A DNA stretch of 63,452 nucleotides, filler included, from Octopus bimaculoides (Eukaryota), in assembly GCF_001194135.2 (NCBI RefSeq). It is 9 parts of 8 records of this genome, joined end to end, with 100 filler letters (N's around TTAATTAATTAA, not from the genome) between each part and the next. Parts side by side here need not be neighbours in the genome. Positions count along the whole stretch, not along the records: positions 22,861 to 33,749 come from NC_068981.1; positions 33,850 to 50,985 come from NC_068988.1; 7 more parts are not named here. One strand, given 5' to 3'. This document shows, piece by piece, positions 24,985-38,429 of this stretch. A program made the position numbers and the translations under genes. The notes beneath the pieces are model-generated. The model made no database searches. It was not told the origin of the DNA and saw only the letters and a program-made list of their open reading frames with translations. Position 1 is the stretch's first letter. Every line of letters starts with the position of its first letter.

Positions 24985-25154
24985 ACACACACACACACAC
25001 GTGATGTCCTGTACCCAAAATATGCATCTATATATACATGTAGATGTAGGTATGTACATATATGTACGTATATATGCATATACTCACATATTATTTGTAT
25101 TATATATATATATATATATATATAATAGTAACTAAAGTAGTATTCATACCTGTT

Positions 25155-25375
25155 TCAAAGTTTGGCACAAGGCTAGCAATTTCAAGAGAGGGGGTAAATC
25201 AATTACATCAACAGAAGAACACTGGTGTTCTTCTGGTACTTATTTCATCGACCCTGAAAGAATGAAAGGCAAAGTCGATCTCGGCGGAATTTGAACTCAG
25301 AACGTAAAGACGGACGATATGCCGCAAAGAAGTTTTTTTTAGCGCGCTAACGTTTCTGCCAGCTCACCACCTTAG
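25155..25375 (-). mobile_element. MetaSINE-like element
   Basis: ctggtacttatttcatcgaccctgaaagaatgaaaggcaaagtcgatctcggcggaatttgaactcagaacg. Confidence 0.8.
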
Positions 25376-25569
25376 AAGCAGTATCAGTCAAAAAAGGTAA
25401 CATCTATCTTCCACTAAAAGTGGATGTTGTGTTAGAAAACAAAATACTGCTATATTCATCAAGCGAGGACCTCTCATATGGACCTATGGCGCATATAAGC
25501 ACTCGTGTTTATATCGCTGACGGGCAATAATCGTCTGCTGATGCGTTCGCTGATACATCCGCTAATATG

Positions 25570-25700
25570 ATTGGCTTCTTCTAGTTTCCGTCTACCAAAT
25601 CCACTCACAAGGCTTTGGTCGGCCCGGGTGCCATGCAGTTGGACTGAATCCAGAACCATGTGGTTGGGAAGTAAACTTGTTACCACACAGCCTACGCCTG
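25570..25700 (-). mobile_element. tRNA-derived SINE head
   Basis: agtttccgtctaccaaatccactcacaaggctttggtcggcccg...accatgtggttgggaagtaaacttgttaccacacagcc. Confidence 0.8.
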
Positions 25701-26512
25701 CGCCTATTATGTGCATTATTAACATTTATATTAATGTTATTATAACTGAAGAATGAGATAAAATTGTTTCATAGCGGCTTCTAGTGACTCAGTTATATTA
25801 TGACGCCGTACTCAAAATGAATTTTCCGTTTTTCATGTTTGTACGTATGNNNNNNNNNNNNNNNNNNNNNNNNNNNNNNNNNNNNNNNNNNNNNNNNNNN
25901 NNNNNNNNNNNNNNNNNNNNNNNNNNNNNNNNNNNNNNNNNNNNNNNNNNNNNNNNNNNNNNNNNNNNNNNNNNNNNNNNNNNNNNNNNNNNNNNNNNNN
26001 NNNNNNNNNNNNNNNNNNNNNNNNNNNNNNNNNNNNNNNNNNNNNNNNNNNNNNNNNNTGTGTATATTAAGTCTGTTTAGGCGTAATCATACAATTTTTT
26101 CAACAATGAGCATGTTCCATAATATAAAGAGTAAAACTATTTATTTATTTAATTATTTGAAACGCAGTGAAGTGGTATTCACTTCTTTCCTAAACGAATT
26201 CATAATGTAAGTGAATTTGAATGACGTCAATAAATGAACGAAACTGAAAACTTATGTCATAAGTGGAACAATTTTTTTTATATCTGTAAGCATATATACA
26301 TGCGTGAGTTTGTGTGTGTGTGTGCGCGTGCGTGTGCGTGCGATATCAATAAAATACAGAAAACATGCTATTTTATGCTTTATAAAACATAAGTTTCTTT
26401 AAATTAACTGCCAGGATTACGTAATTTCCTGTCAAAACATTATATAATTTTATCAAATTGCCTCATCAGTGTTCAGCAACAAAAGGATACAAAGAATGGT
26501 GTCGAGAGCTCA

Positions 26513-26556
<44 letters not shown>

Positions 26557-26679
26557 TCATTATGCAAATTATCAAAATCATCAGTGAAATGGCTGAACAC
26601 AAGGCACAGTGTAATCGGAGAAAACAGAGCATACAAGTTTGAGATATTACCTTTTCATATACAAATGGGCAGATACATA

Positions 26680-26994
26680 TATTGGGTCATCCCATAAATA
26701 ATAGGTTTTTTTTTAATACTTCTTTATTTTTCAAAATTAAGATAAATAAAGTTATTTTTAATCATATATATAATCTCCTTCATTTTCTTCAATGCTCTTC
26801 CATCTATGTGGTAGGTTTGTAAGGCCCCTCTTCCAAAATTCACTTGTCCGTGACGAAAAATACTCCTCCAGGACTGTTGTAACTTTGTCTACAGAATTCA
26901 TATTTTTTCCGTCCAAATCTTTTTGAAGACTGCGGAATAAATGATAATCAGATAGGGTAATGTCCAGCGAATATGGTGGGTGGGGTATCGTTTC
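26680..26994 (-). mobile_element. Mariner (DD34D) 3' end with terminal inverted repeat
   Basis: ETIPHPPYSLDITLSDYHLFRSL...LPHRWKSIEENEGDYIYD* (YSPDLAPSDYHLF motif); TA followed by ttgggtcatcccataaata at 26680. Confidence 0.85.
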
Positions 26995-29900
26995 ATTCCA
27001 TAGGCGATGACGGAGTTTATCAAATGCGTTGGTTGCTTTTGCAAGACAGTTGACGATTTCATCATCAAGGGAAGCGCTCGGATTCACTTTACTACCAATA
27101 TATGTAAATGACTTCACATACTTTAGATTTTTCCCATCAGCCTGTATAGGAGTGTCAAGGAAATTGTGAACCGGTGGCCTCAGCTGGACACCTCGAATTT
27201 GCTTAGGAGTAGGGCAAGGTTAGTGGATCACTTCCGTCTTCTTTATACTGATGGTTTTACATGCAGCAAAAAACCGGTCTAGAAGTTCCTGAGCTCCCTC
27301 TGCAAAAAAAAAATCAGATTACGAATGATACTGGTGCGTAGCAGTGTTTTGGCTTTGAAACGCTGATGATTGAATAACCCACCACTTGTTCGCAACTGGA
27401 ATTTAACAGCAATTTATATGTCATCAAAAGCATACCTCAGCATCACCGAAAAGGAAAGTGCGAACAAAACAGGGGCCATAACACAACCTTGTTTTGTGCC
27501 GTTTGTAACATCGAAGGAAGCTGAAGATTCTCTGCCGGACACGGCAGCAGCCTTCATTTCCTCATGATAAAATTCAACATCTTGTCAGGTATACCAAGCT
27601 TTTACAGAACTTTCCAAAGTCCTTGTCGGTTAACAGTATCGAAGGCCTTAGTAAGGTCAACAACTCTTGATTTTTCTCATGTACCATCTCGATGACCTGA
27701 CGAAGGGAAAATATCATATAGATACTTCCATGGCCACAGCAAAATCCACACTGCGATTCTAGCTAGATGCAATTTACGATGTGTTTAATGATCCTGTCAA
27801 GAACGAGTCGAGTAAGAATCTTACCAGCAATAGACAGAAGTGATATCCCACGATGATTATCACAGACACTTCTGTTTCTTTTGTTCTTATAAAGATGTTG
27901 AATTGAGGCATCATTAAAGTCTTGTGGTACACGGCCCACCCTCCAAATATTTATGAAGAGATCATACAATTTTTCGAAAAGCTTCCGTCCACCATGTTTG
28001 TAGATTTCAGGCGGGACAACATCCCTGCCAGGTGCTTTACCAGAAGAGATCTGTTTAACGTAGTTTACCACTTCCAGGAAGGTTGGCGCCAGAGACAATT
28101 CCGGTATTTCAGCGTGCTGTGGAATAGACATTATGACGTCATCATTAGTTTCTGAGGTGGAGTTCAACACGGCTTCTAAGTGGTCTTTCCATTGTTTCAG
28201 GATGTCAGATTTGTCAGTTAACAGTGTCTCTGTATTGGAGGAAAAATAGGAATAACGCCGTGCTCTTGAGGACCATACACTTTCTTGAGGCCATCATAGA
28301 AGCCTTTAGAATCCTTTCTGTCTGCAGCTTCTTGGAGTTCAGTAGCCTTGGAAGACAACCAAGCCTCCTTCATCTGTCTCAGAGCGCGTTGGACCTGGCC
28401 TCTGCATTTCTCGTGTTTTATGAGAACTGTGCATTTTATCTAACAACTGTTGGATATCTGTGCTGTTATCATTGAACCAATCTTGATGTTTACGAACAGG
28501 AAGTTCGAGAACCTCTACGGATGCAGAGCGCATGTACCACGCGAAGCCTTCCAAGATGATCCAATGTCATCACAAATATCAACAGTGTTGAGTGCAGTGT
28601 CCAGTTTGATAGAAAGCTCGGCCTGCTTTTCAACGGTTTTCGAAGGCAAAACATTAATGCGCTTAGGCACTGATGACTTTAATTTTTTTGTGCGTTTCAG
28701 ATGGAGCAAGGCCTTACTACGAAGACTAGAATGGTCAGAGAGATAGCAGGTGTTAAAGGAACGTTAAATTCCCTAATATCTCACTTCTTAGTGATAACAT
28801 AGTCTATGGTATGCCAATCCTTAGATCTAAGGTGCATCCAGGTCATCTGCAACAATTTGACTATTGAAAAGAGGTATTTGTGATGCTTAGACTGAATTCT
28901 CTGCAGATGGAGAGTACATGGAAACCGCTGGAGTTCATTCGATTTACACCATGGCGACCAAGTACACCATCCCACGTCTGAAATCAGTACCAACACGAGC
29001 GTTAAAGTCGCCCATAAGGATAAGTTTATCCCTATGGTGATAACTGAAGATGACATCGCGGAGTTGGTCGTAAAAGTCATCTTTTTCCTGCTCAGTGCTG
29101 ACCATGGTTGGAGCATAGCAACTGACAAGCGTAGCACGAGTGTTATGATCAAGTTCCAACGTTAGTGTCAAGATGCAATCAGAAATACCTTTGGATAGAG
29201 AAAGAAGGGATCTAGCTATTTCTGCCTTGATGGCGAAACCATCACCAGAGTGGCGCAGCTTTCTTCTTTTACTTTCTTCTAACTGTGATGATCCTGCAAG
29301 ACGAGATTCACTGAGTGCAGCTATGTCAATGTTGTATTTCTTTAGTTCAAGGGCAACTAGTGCAGCTTTTCGTTCTGGTGCTGAGTGATTGTCTTGGAGA
29401 GTGCGCACAATCCAGGAACCAAGGTTAATATTCTTAGATTTCTTCATGTTTCGACTGCGTTACTGNNNNNNNNNNNNNNNNNNNNNNNNNNNNNNNNNNN
29501 NNNNNNNNNNNNNNNNNNNNNNNNNNNNNNNNNNNNNNNNNNNNNNNNNNNNNNNNNNNNNNNNNNNNNNNNNNNNNNNNNNNNNNNNNNNNNNNNNNNN
29601 NNNNNNNNNNNNNNNNNNNNNNNNNNNNNNNNNNNNNNNNNNNNNNNNNNNNNNNNNNNNNNNNNNNNNNNNNNNNNNNNNNNNNNNNNNNNNNNNNNNN
29701 NNNNNNNNNNNNNNNNNNNNNNNNNNNNNNNNNNNNNNNNNNNNNNNNNNNNNNNNNNNNNNNNNNNNNNNNNNNNNNNNNNNNNNNNNNNNNNNNNNNN
29801 NNNNNNNNNNNNNNNNNNNNNNNNNNNNNNNNNNNNNNNNNNNNNNNNNNNNNNNNNNNNNNNNNNNNNNNNNNNNNNNNNNNNNNNNNNNNNNNNNNNN

Positions 29901-30620
29901 NNNNNNNNNNNNNNNNNNNNNNNNNNNNNNNNNNNNNNNNNNNNNNNNNNNNNNNNNNNNNNNNNNNNNNNNNNNNNNNNNNNNNNNNNNNNNNNNNNNN
30001 NNNNNNNNNNNNNNNNNNNNNNNNNNNNNNNNNNNNNNNNNNNNNNNNNNNGGGTCGGCACTTTTAAAGGGTCGGCACTTTTGGGTCTGCTGTAGGCAAT
30101 ATGTGTTTTTTGTGGGATCCAGGAGCAGCAAACGGAAGGTTCGCCCTGGGTGAAACACACTCTAACTACGCTAGTGCAAGCCGCTATAAACAAGCTGGAG
30201 AGCCTAGTCTACCCTATGAATCAGAGTTTGCGGATAGTACAGCCCTGTTAAAGACATCCTCAGCAATCAAAGACCTGGATTTATATCAAAGTTTCCCTAT
30301 CCTAGACGGGATGCCTTCACCACGGCTAAGGAGCCCCATTTTCCCCCTAATATATAGATAAAATAAAATATACAAATATATAAAATAAAATAATATAATA
30401 TAAAATACAAATAAAATAACAAAAAGTGTATATACATATACACATGATGCTGGACAGCCGTTGACTACTCATGAGTTCCTCCACCCTTCTACGGACTTTA
30501 TTTTTCGTTCCGCAGTGTCCAAAAATCACCCTCCTCACCAAGCATGTTCAGTGGGGTTGCCAGTTTAGTCGCCGACGACCCGACCATGCAACAGGTTGTA
30601 TTGGGTTACATGTTACCAGT
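26992..30620 (-). mobile_element. RTE (BovB-like) LINE fossil: APE endonuclease and RT, 3' truncated, with a gap
   Basis: Endonuclease INLGSWIVRTL..IDIAALSESR..GDFNARVG; RT GKAPGRD..NHRGISLLSIAGKIL..SQCGF..TKQGCVMAP. The 5' UTR assignment of 30050-30620 is less certain. Confidence 0.88.
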
Positions 30621-30652
30621 AGGGCTCAAGAGCGACCTGATATATATATATA

Positions 30653-30693
<41 letters not shown>

Positions 30694-31369
30694 ATATATA
30701 TATGCATACACAAACATACACATACGTAATTATATATATGTACATATATATATTGACATAATTAAAAACAGACGTCTGTGCGTGTGTGTCTGACGTATGA
30801 ATAAGAATTTACGTAAAAATGATTTTACGTAATTATTACGTAATAGTCACCGAAACACGTTAAGATATATTATAAGTAAGTTACCCCTTGTCATAAATTA
30901 TTTGGCGATTCTTTATAAATATTATTGCATACACATCTGTAACAATGGATTGTTTGAGTAGTAATTCGAATTTTCTTCCCACGTGTCTATTTTGGAGTAT
31001 AACGAAACTTGTATGTATGTATGTATGTATGTATGTATGTATGTATGTATGTGCGCGCGCGTGCGTGTTTGTGTGCGTGTTTGTGTGCATGTGTACGTGT
31101 GTGTGTGTGTGTCTGTATACGTGTGCGCGCATGTATTATTATCCAGTTTTATTTCAAGATTTCTTGCCAATGGAGAAAGAACTGGTTTCTAACCTAAGTC
31201 CAAGGCTCCTTCGTTGGAATTTCAACAACTGAGTATTTGTGCATGTATGTGCGTATGTGTGCAGTATTTGGAGTCAGTTCATGTGCAGGTTTCTATATCT
31301 TGTTTTATGCATGTATTCTCATGCATATTGTTGCATGTCTAGATGTGCGTATATATACTTCAATGCTAA

Positions 31370-32870
31370 ACTTCTTGAAAGTTTTACAAAGTTTTACAGT
31401 TCCATTGATGGCTTGAATTTGTAGCCTTCGAATTTGTTATTCTTTTCTGGTTTTGAGAAACCTAATTTCTCAGGATAAGTGTTTGGACAGTTTGTTATAT
31501 ATCCTAGTACCCCCAAAATTACAGGTATAAACCTGAACTTGTAATCCGAGTTGAACAGCTATAAATTTCTCAGTAGTTCAGAGTTGGAGTTTTCTTTTTC
31601 ACTGATCTTTGGCGCTATGTTGGCATCCGTTGGGTAACCGATTTTCCACTAATGTACATAGTTTCTCTGCTCTGTCCCAAATCACTTATGTCTTGTCTAT
31701 TATGTTTACACTTTAGAGAGGTTTTCACTGAGACATTCCACAAGTATTCGTTCATATTATGAGCGGCTTATGGCCTCTGCCATTCTATGGTTTCTTGTCT
31801 TTTTGGCCTCAGGATTACCCCTCCGACGGATATCATTATACAATATCTTGGCTACAACATCATGGTTCATCAGTATATAATACTGCGATGGCACTTTTGG
31901 ATAATTGCTTATGATGAAGATGATATATTCAGTATTAACTGCACAAAGTCTGCATTGGTTATCACATTTTTGTATTTTTCCTGCGTTTCTGTTCCCTTTG
32001 TACATCAGGTATGTGGTTGCTATTTCCTATTCCTGGATTGCAAACGCATACCCTTCAAAGTAATAGTTGGTAATCATGTTGTTGGTTCGTTATAGACGGT
32101 TGTGATTATCAATGTTACTATCAACGTGGAGCTCTCTGCTAACAGATCCATGCATAGTCTTCTGCTGATGTACACTCATCCTTTCATCAGATGACACATT
32201 ACTTTAGAGTCCTGCAATTTCTTTGGGCTTGTATTCAATGTTACTCGAGGAGCTTCTTTCAAGTCTCATGATGTTATCTGCTTCGTGTATCCAAACTTAA
32301 CCACGGGATGCACTTCGGCATTAAAAGAAGTTGCTGAAGGTATATGATATGACATTGAAAGCAGTCTGGTTCGTTGTTAAGAATCTACCTCCTTGTTGCT
32401 TTCGTTTTAGGTAGAGGCGGTCTACGTTGCTATTAATGTGAATATCATTTGTGCTCGTCAATATCTTCAGGGTTTTCATATCAATGGCTTGAATCTCATC
32501 AAGCGTCCAGTCAAGTAGCCCAAATACTGGTATGAGTACTGATACTGCAAACACTTTGTGGGCCAAAAGCATTTAAGTCATTGATAGAAGTGCTGATAAT
32601 CTAATTTACCGCTTTCCCTTTTCACAACCAGAGAGCAACATTTATCCTGACCAAGTGCCATTCCTATATCCTTAGAGAATGTTGTTACCAGGTCAAAGCT
32701 CTTTTTCATCTCATGCATACTCTTGGCATAGAGTATCAAGTCATCCACAAAGCAGCAGTATTGTGAATCAATGAAATACTCTTCAAACTTCCTCAACATA
32801 AATGACAAGGAATTTACTGAAAATATGAACCGCATTACAGAAGGGCTGTCTCCTAAAACGAAGGACCCTT
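31370..32870 (-). mobile_element. R4/Dong-clade non-LTR retrotransposon fossil (RT, zinc knuckle, restriction-like endonuclease)
   Basis: CFVDDLILYAKS..DIGMALGQDKC; VDRLYLKRKQQGGR; CRLC..HDVVAK; KHNRQDI..KFRFIPVILGVLG. Confidence 0.85.
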
Positions 32871-33000
32871 GACAAGGAAAGGAGTGGAGAAGCTGGAATG
32901 AGACCAGAACAGTGGAAGAAAATAGAGCTGGTTGGAGAGATCATGTTGCGGGCTTATGTGCGTTATGGCACGGAAAGAAATAACTAAACTAACCAACTCC
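32870..33000 (+). mobile_element. RTE-type LINE 3' end
   Basis: RRTLDKER...AGWRDHVAGLCALWHGKK* followed by an (aact)n-like tail. Confidence 0.55.
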
Positions 33001-33033
33001 GGCTGTCAAGAGGTGATAGGGTAGAAGTACAAG

Positions 33034-33305
<272 letters not shown>

Positions 33306-33672
33306 CTGCGGCAAAAATTGTTTGTAATAATCGCTTCTAATATAAACACAAAGCTCGAAAAATCGTAGGACGGATTCATTGGATCTGCATGTTATATATA
33401 CAAAATGCTAAATTTTGACAGAAGCTGAAACAATGATTAATGTAAGGGAAATAACTCTTAATAAAGTAGTTATTTGACTTCACTTTTACTTTAATTCTAA
33501 TATAATTTACATGGCCGCCTCAAGCTGGTGGGAAACTTTTTGTAGATATATCGATTCTTATTGTATTGATCCTAGAAAGAAGAAAGGTAAAGTGACCCCT
33601 TACATGATCTGAATTCAAAGCATTAATAGTTGGAACTAAACACTGATGCTATGACGTTTCAGTCAGTCTGCT

Positions 33673-33749
<77 letters not shown>

Positions 33750-33850
33750 NNNNNNNNNNNNNNNNNNNNNNNNNNNNNNNNNNNNNNNNNNNNTTAATTA
33801 ATTAANNNNNNNNNNNNNNNNNNNNNNNNNNNNNNNNNNNNNNNNNNNNT

Positions 33851-33926
33851 TATTATTATTATTATTATTATTTTCATCACCATTATCATCATCATTATCA
33901 TCATCATCATCATCATCATCATCAAT

Positions 33927-33985
<59 letters not shown>
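33851..33985 (+). repeat. (TAT)n and (CAT)n trinucleotide microsatellite
   Basis: Directly visible. Confidence 0.95.
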
Positions 33986-33986
<1 letters not shown>

Positions 33987-34842
33987 TGTGGAACCACTAT
34001 AATTGCCACAATATTTCGGCATCACTTGTTTCTGAAAATGTTTATATCTATCAGAAAACTGTATTACTCATATTGTTATTTAAGTACTGTAACTTTTTAA
34101 CTGTTTTCTTACATTTTTTCTCCAAACTAATTATACTTCTGAGTTGTATTTGTCTTGCACGCATTTTGCTGTGAGATCATAAGTTGTAACTGGGGCAATT
34201 ACATAGTGGAAAATTCATTTTAGCCGTCCAAAAACACTCAAAAACAGTTAGATTCACGTCTTATTTATTTGTTTTCTGAAATAAGTGGTGCTTTATTATA
34301 ACAGATTATTTTATGCTATTAAATAGCAAAACTGGCTATTCCAGCGTCTAATCCATTATAGTACTTGAAGAAAACAAAAATGAAGCAGTATGTTTTCTCA
34401 GCTATGTTCTGAATTATTTTCGTATATTGTTGTTGCTGTTCCTATTGAATAGCTCCAAGTCAATGACTGGTCGAATAGACTGTGAATAAATGTATTCCAG
34501 ATGTTATCATGCTGTCATATGACGTTCCTTGTTTTAAGACAATGAGCTGTGATTTGATACGGTATTGTTTTCTATTTCAAGCGTATCCAGTGACAACAGA
34601 GAAACTTCCTCGTTTGCCCGTTAGTCACCCTGAGCTGTAGCTCCTTTGTTGACCTCGTAAAGGGTCAATTATTTGCTTTGTCATGGTATATATAGATTTG
34701 TGTAGTACATTTACTTATGCTTCATTTTTGAATGTATTCGAATCAATTAATGAATTGGTGTTTCTTTTCATCTTGTCAACATCAATATGGTGAATCGTTC
34801 CAACTAACTAATCGCATTGGGTCAATTACTTTCTTTTCACAG

Positions 34843-34920
34843 GGTTCCATTGTAGCAATAAAGAAAATAAACAAATCCTATGTAACTGTAAACAAACCTC
34901 TCCTTATGGAAATTAAACAT
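34843..34920 (+). CDS. Internal exon of a receptor (natriuretic-peptide-receptor-like) guanylyl cyclase, kinase-homology domain start
   Basis: ttcttttcacag|GSIVAIKKINKSYVTVNKPLLMEIKH|gtaagt; 78 nt, phase 0/0. It aligns by eye with the NPR1/2-type exon peptide [26 protein letters not shown]. Confidence 0.8.
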
Positions 34921-35949
34921 GTAAGTATTTACTTTCATTTATAATTATTTCTTTAAATGTATAACCATTTGATTATTTTTAATATTTTTACTAGTAGTAG
35001 TATGGAAGGAGGGGAAGTCAATGGACTTTAATTCCCTACTGTAATCGGGTTGGGTTGATGTTGTCAACGTTTCTCTTCAATAAATATAAATCGACGGCTT
35101 CAGCTGCAAAGAAATGTGCACCAGCGATTTTATGAAGAGTTGTTCTTAGGAAGAAGTACCGTCCTAGTGTTTGCTGTTACTAAAGACAACGTATATATCG
35201 AGAAAACATGGTGTGAATCGGGTATGCTTCAAAATGCGTGAGTTGGGTATACTTCAGTGGGGGTGGTTAAGTAATCATTGAAGAGCACGGGCAAAAGTAG
35301 TAGCTGTAAAATATACATAGATGAGAGAAACACTTTTGTAAGCCAGAAGCCGAATGTGTTTGGTGTGCGTTCATAGCGATCAGACGAGTGATCTTTCTTT
35401 GGATCTGCTGTGTGGGTCCGTGGAAAGTGACAGGAAGATGCATTGCATTAAAGCAGATGAGAATAATCCTTTTCAAAAGGGACTAAAATAACTTGCAGTA
35501 GTTTTAGGAGATGAGGACGCTTGAGAACTGGCATGCTTCACTCTTCGGATGGTGAACTTGCTGGATTTGCGATACTTGATAACAACCGTTCAGTTTGTAA
35601 AGATGACTGATATCTGTTACATTTAGTATTTCTAGCACCCAGTAATATCCTGTCGCTACCAGTACATTTAATACCCGGATAGCTGCAATATCTAGTAATA
35701 TACGGCCCAATACATTTGGCCCTTTAATGCCTGTGATCTAAGAAACAATATTTTTCTTGGTTTTTGTTTAGGTTGTTATTTGGATGAAAACTAACCCAAA
35801 ATCAGGACTAGTTTCGTTTGCAATCGTGAAAACAGGATATTATTTTTTGTACCTTGAAGTTTACTTGAGGAATAGAAGAAAAACAAATTTGAAGTAAATT
35901 TTTCTTTCTAAAATGTAACGTTACGTGATTGTTAAAATGAAATATATAA

Positions 35950-36865
35950 TCGGGATGCAACTCCATGAAATTTCGGGAAACAAGGGTGCCCATCTTTCGC
36001 TACATAGAGATAAACCAGTACTTGAAACAAATAACTTTCGTCCAGCAGCTACAACAGTCCATCTTGCAACAGTTAATGATGGATTTTATGGGCCAGTGAC
36101 CAATATTGTCGAAACAAACCTACTCTGGAACGACATTGCTCGTGCTTTCTTGGCTGGAATATCATTGTTGATATTTCTCCTTGTAGCAACCTTCTGAAAA
36201 TATCATGATGGAAATAAACCAAGGAGTCAGCACCTCCGAGTTGGTGGTAAATGGACAAGTGTATTGGCAATAGCTAATGAGATTACATGAAAAGCAATCC
36301 TGTGATACAATTTCCCGATACGCATCTTCGTTTGGTAAAGGAAGAAAAGAATATCAACTTTATCTGCTCCACCCAAGTAGGGGTTGCAGATTTCGACACT
36401 TGCTGGATGGGTTACTTTCAGCTCATTTCGATTCTTGCGGTAATAGCAGTTGACTTCTGATACAGGATCGTTACCGAGTTATAAAGATTTATCAGGACGC
36501 GGCGACTGTCATATGATCCACAAATTTCAAGATTATTATCTTTCTCGACAAACTCGTTGATGGACCCAGAACCCTTTTTTTAAATTGTTGATTTTGTAGG
36601 TATAGGGCACCTCTTGACCGATACATTTTGAGTATGCTAACAACAAAGGTTCTTTGATAGTTTAGCTGAATCATAACTTCATGGCTTGCAAATAGATTAC
36701 CTATGAAAATCTTATCTCATTCTTTTCTAGATTCTTTGTAACGCATAGAACCACATTCTCAGTTTTTCCAAACTTATACAGAAGCCGAATATGCTAGTGG
36801 CCCTTTGCATCTTTTCAAAACCGTAAATGTAACCCCGTATATCTGTACGACACCATATCTTATTA
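35950..36865 (-). mobile_element. piggyBac transposase fossil (DDE_Tnp_1_7 core and Cys-rich tail)
   Basis: KIWCRTDIRGYIYGF; IFIGNLFAS (from FDNxF); NPYLGGADKVD (GGVDxxD); LYHRIAFH; FDNIGHWP..CCKMDCCSC..RNFMELH. Stops and frameshifts present. Confidence 0.85.
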
Positions 36866-37479
36866 ACTTGATTCATTTGTTACAAGAACTGAAAGCGGTA
36901 GAGCATGTTGATGACGAAATATCTACCAAGACTCAGAAATAACTTGTATGCAAAGCTACATTATCATTCAGGCTCACTATATTTTCTAAAACATCTTACA
37001 AAACATTCTAAAGCATTTACAAGCAAACGATGTAAACATCGATGGTGTGTAATCCGTATTTTTTTGGTGTGCATCTAGGTGTACAAAAACTTATGATGAT
37101 CTACGCTAAGATATCAAAGAAAACAAGAAACAGACATAAATTAGAAAGAATGATCATATCTGAATAGAGTCGAACAGAAAAAATAGCAAAAGTAAGCCTT
37201 CAGTCGCTTATATTTTGAGGAAAGACTGCTCAGCTGACTTTAACTCACCTCAGAGCTACTCTGGTTGAGGTTACCATCTTGATGAAAGAATTTCATGAAT
37301 ATCCCACAATGCATTTAAATCTAAGCGTTAAACGTTGATGTCTACATAAAGTTAGTTAAAACTACGAGGCCTGTTCAATGTCAATAGACATCTTAATTTT
37401 GTATACTTCCGTGTACACCAGGCCTTACAGGGTTAACATTTCGTTACCTCTAATGTCCTATGGCAGCGAGCTAGAGGAA

Positions 37480-37700
37480 TTGCTGGCTCATCGGACAAAA
37501 TGTTTAGCGGCATTTATTCTGGTTCTTTACATTTTGGCTTCAAATTCCGCTGAAGTGAACACTGTCTCTCATCCTTTGTGGGGTCAATACAATAAGTACT
37601 AGCTAAGCACTGGGATCAATGTAATCGACTTACCCTCTCCTTGAAAACTGTTGGCTCTGTGCCAAAATTTGAGCCATTCTCTAATGACCAGTAAAAATGT
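37480..37700 (+). mobile_element. MetaSINE-like element (degenerate)
   Basis: ggcagcgagctagaggaattg...ttcaaattccgctgaagtgaac..catcctttgtggggtcaat..aagtact. Confidence 0.7.
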
Positions 37701-38429
37701 CTGTTGGTTTTAGATGTACTCGTAGAAACGGCCCTTATTTGCAGCCTATAGAAGTCTTGAGCTCTAATGTCTGCTGAGGTTGACCTTGTTATTCGTCCCG
37801 CTTGGATCAATAAAATAAGTTACTTTCAAGTAAGATAAATTATCCCTTCCCAGATATTCCACTTTTTTCTCCTCTCCAATTCTGGGCTTCATTATCATGT
37901 TAATAAATTGTGTCTGTCATTGATATAGTGTGTGATGAGGACAATTTTGGCTTTAGTACACGTGTTTCAGTAACATCTACTAAAATGACATAACCTATAA
38001 TAATATATAAATTATAAGGATATACAGATGAGATGTATACTATTACATATAATGACTTTGATCACGCTCATAGGCATAATAATGTCTTTAGTAGCGTTTC
38101 AAATGTTACATATTGATTATAGTGTCTTTGATAGTGTTACGTCTACAATCTCACACATTCGTACTTGCACACACGCGCGCACACACACATACATACACTA
38201 ATTATTTATCTTAATACGAAATAATACTTTATTTTGTCATCTCATAAATGTTTGCCAACAATTGTTTATACACTGCTAATGTTCTGTAATAATATTGCAA
38301 TTACGTCTCTTAATATGTTGGAAAACTTAAGTTTCTTGTTTTGATGCCAGATATAACTTGACATTATTAAATTACTGATGCGTTAAAAGTATTTGGTTTT
38401 TTTTTTTTTTTTTCAATGCTAAACTCTAC

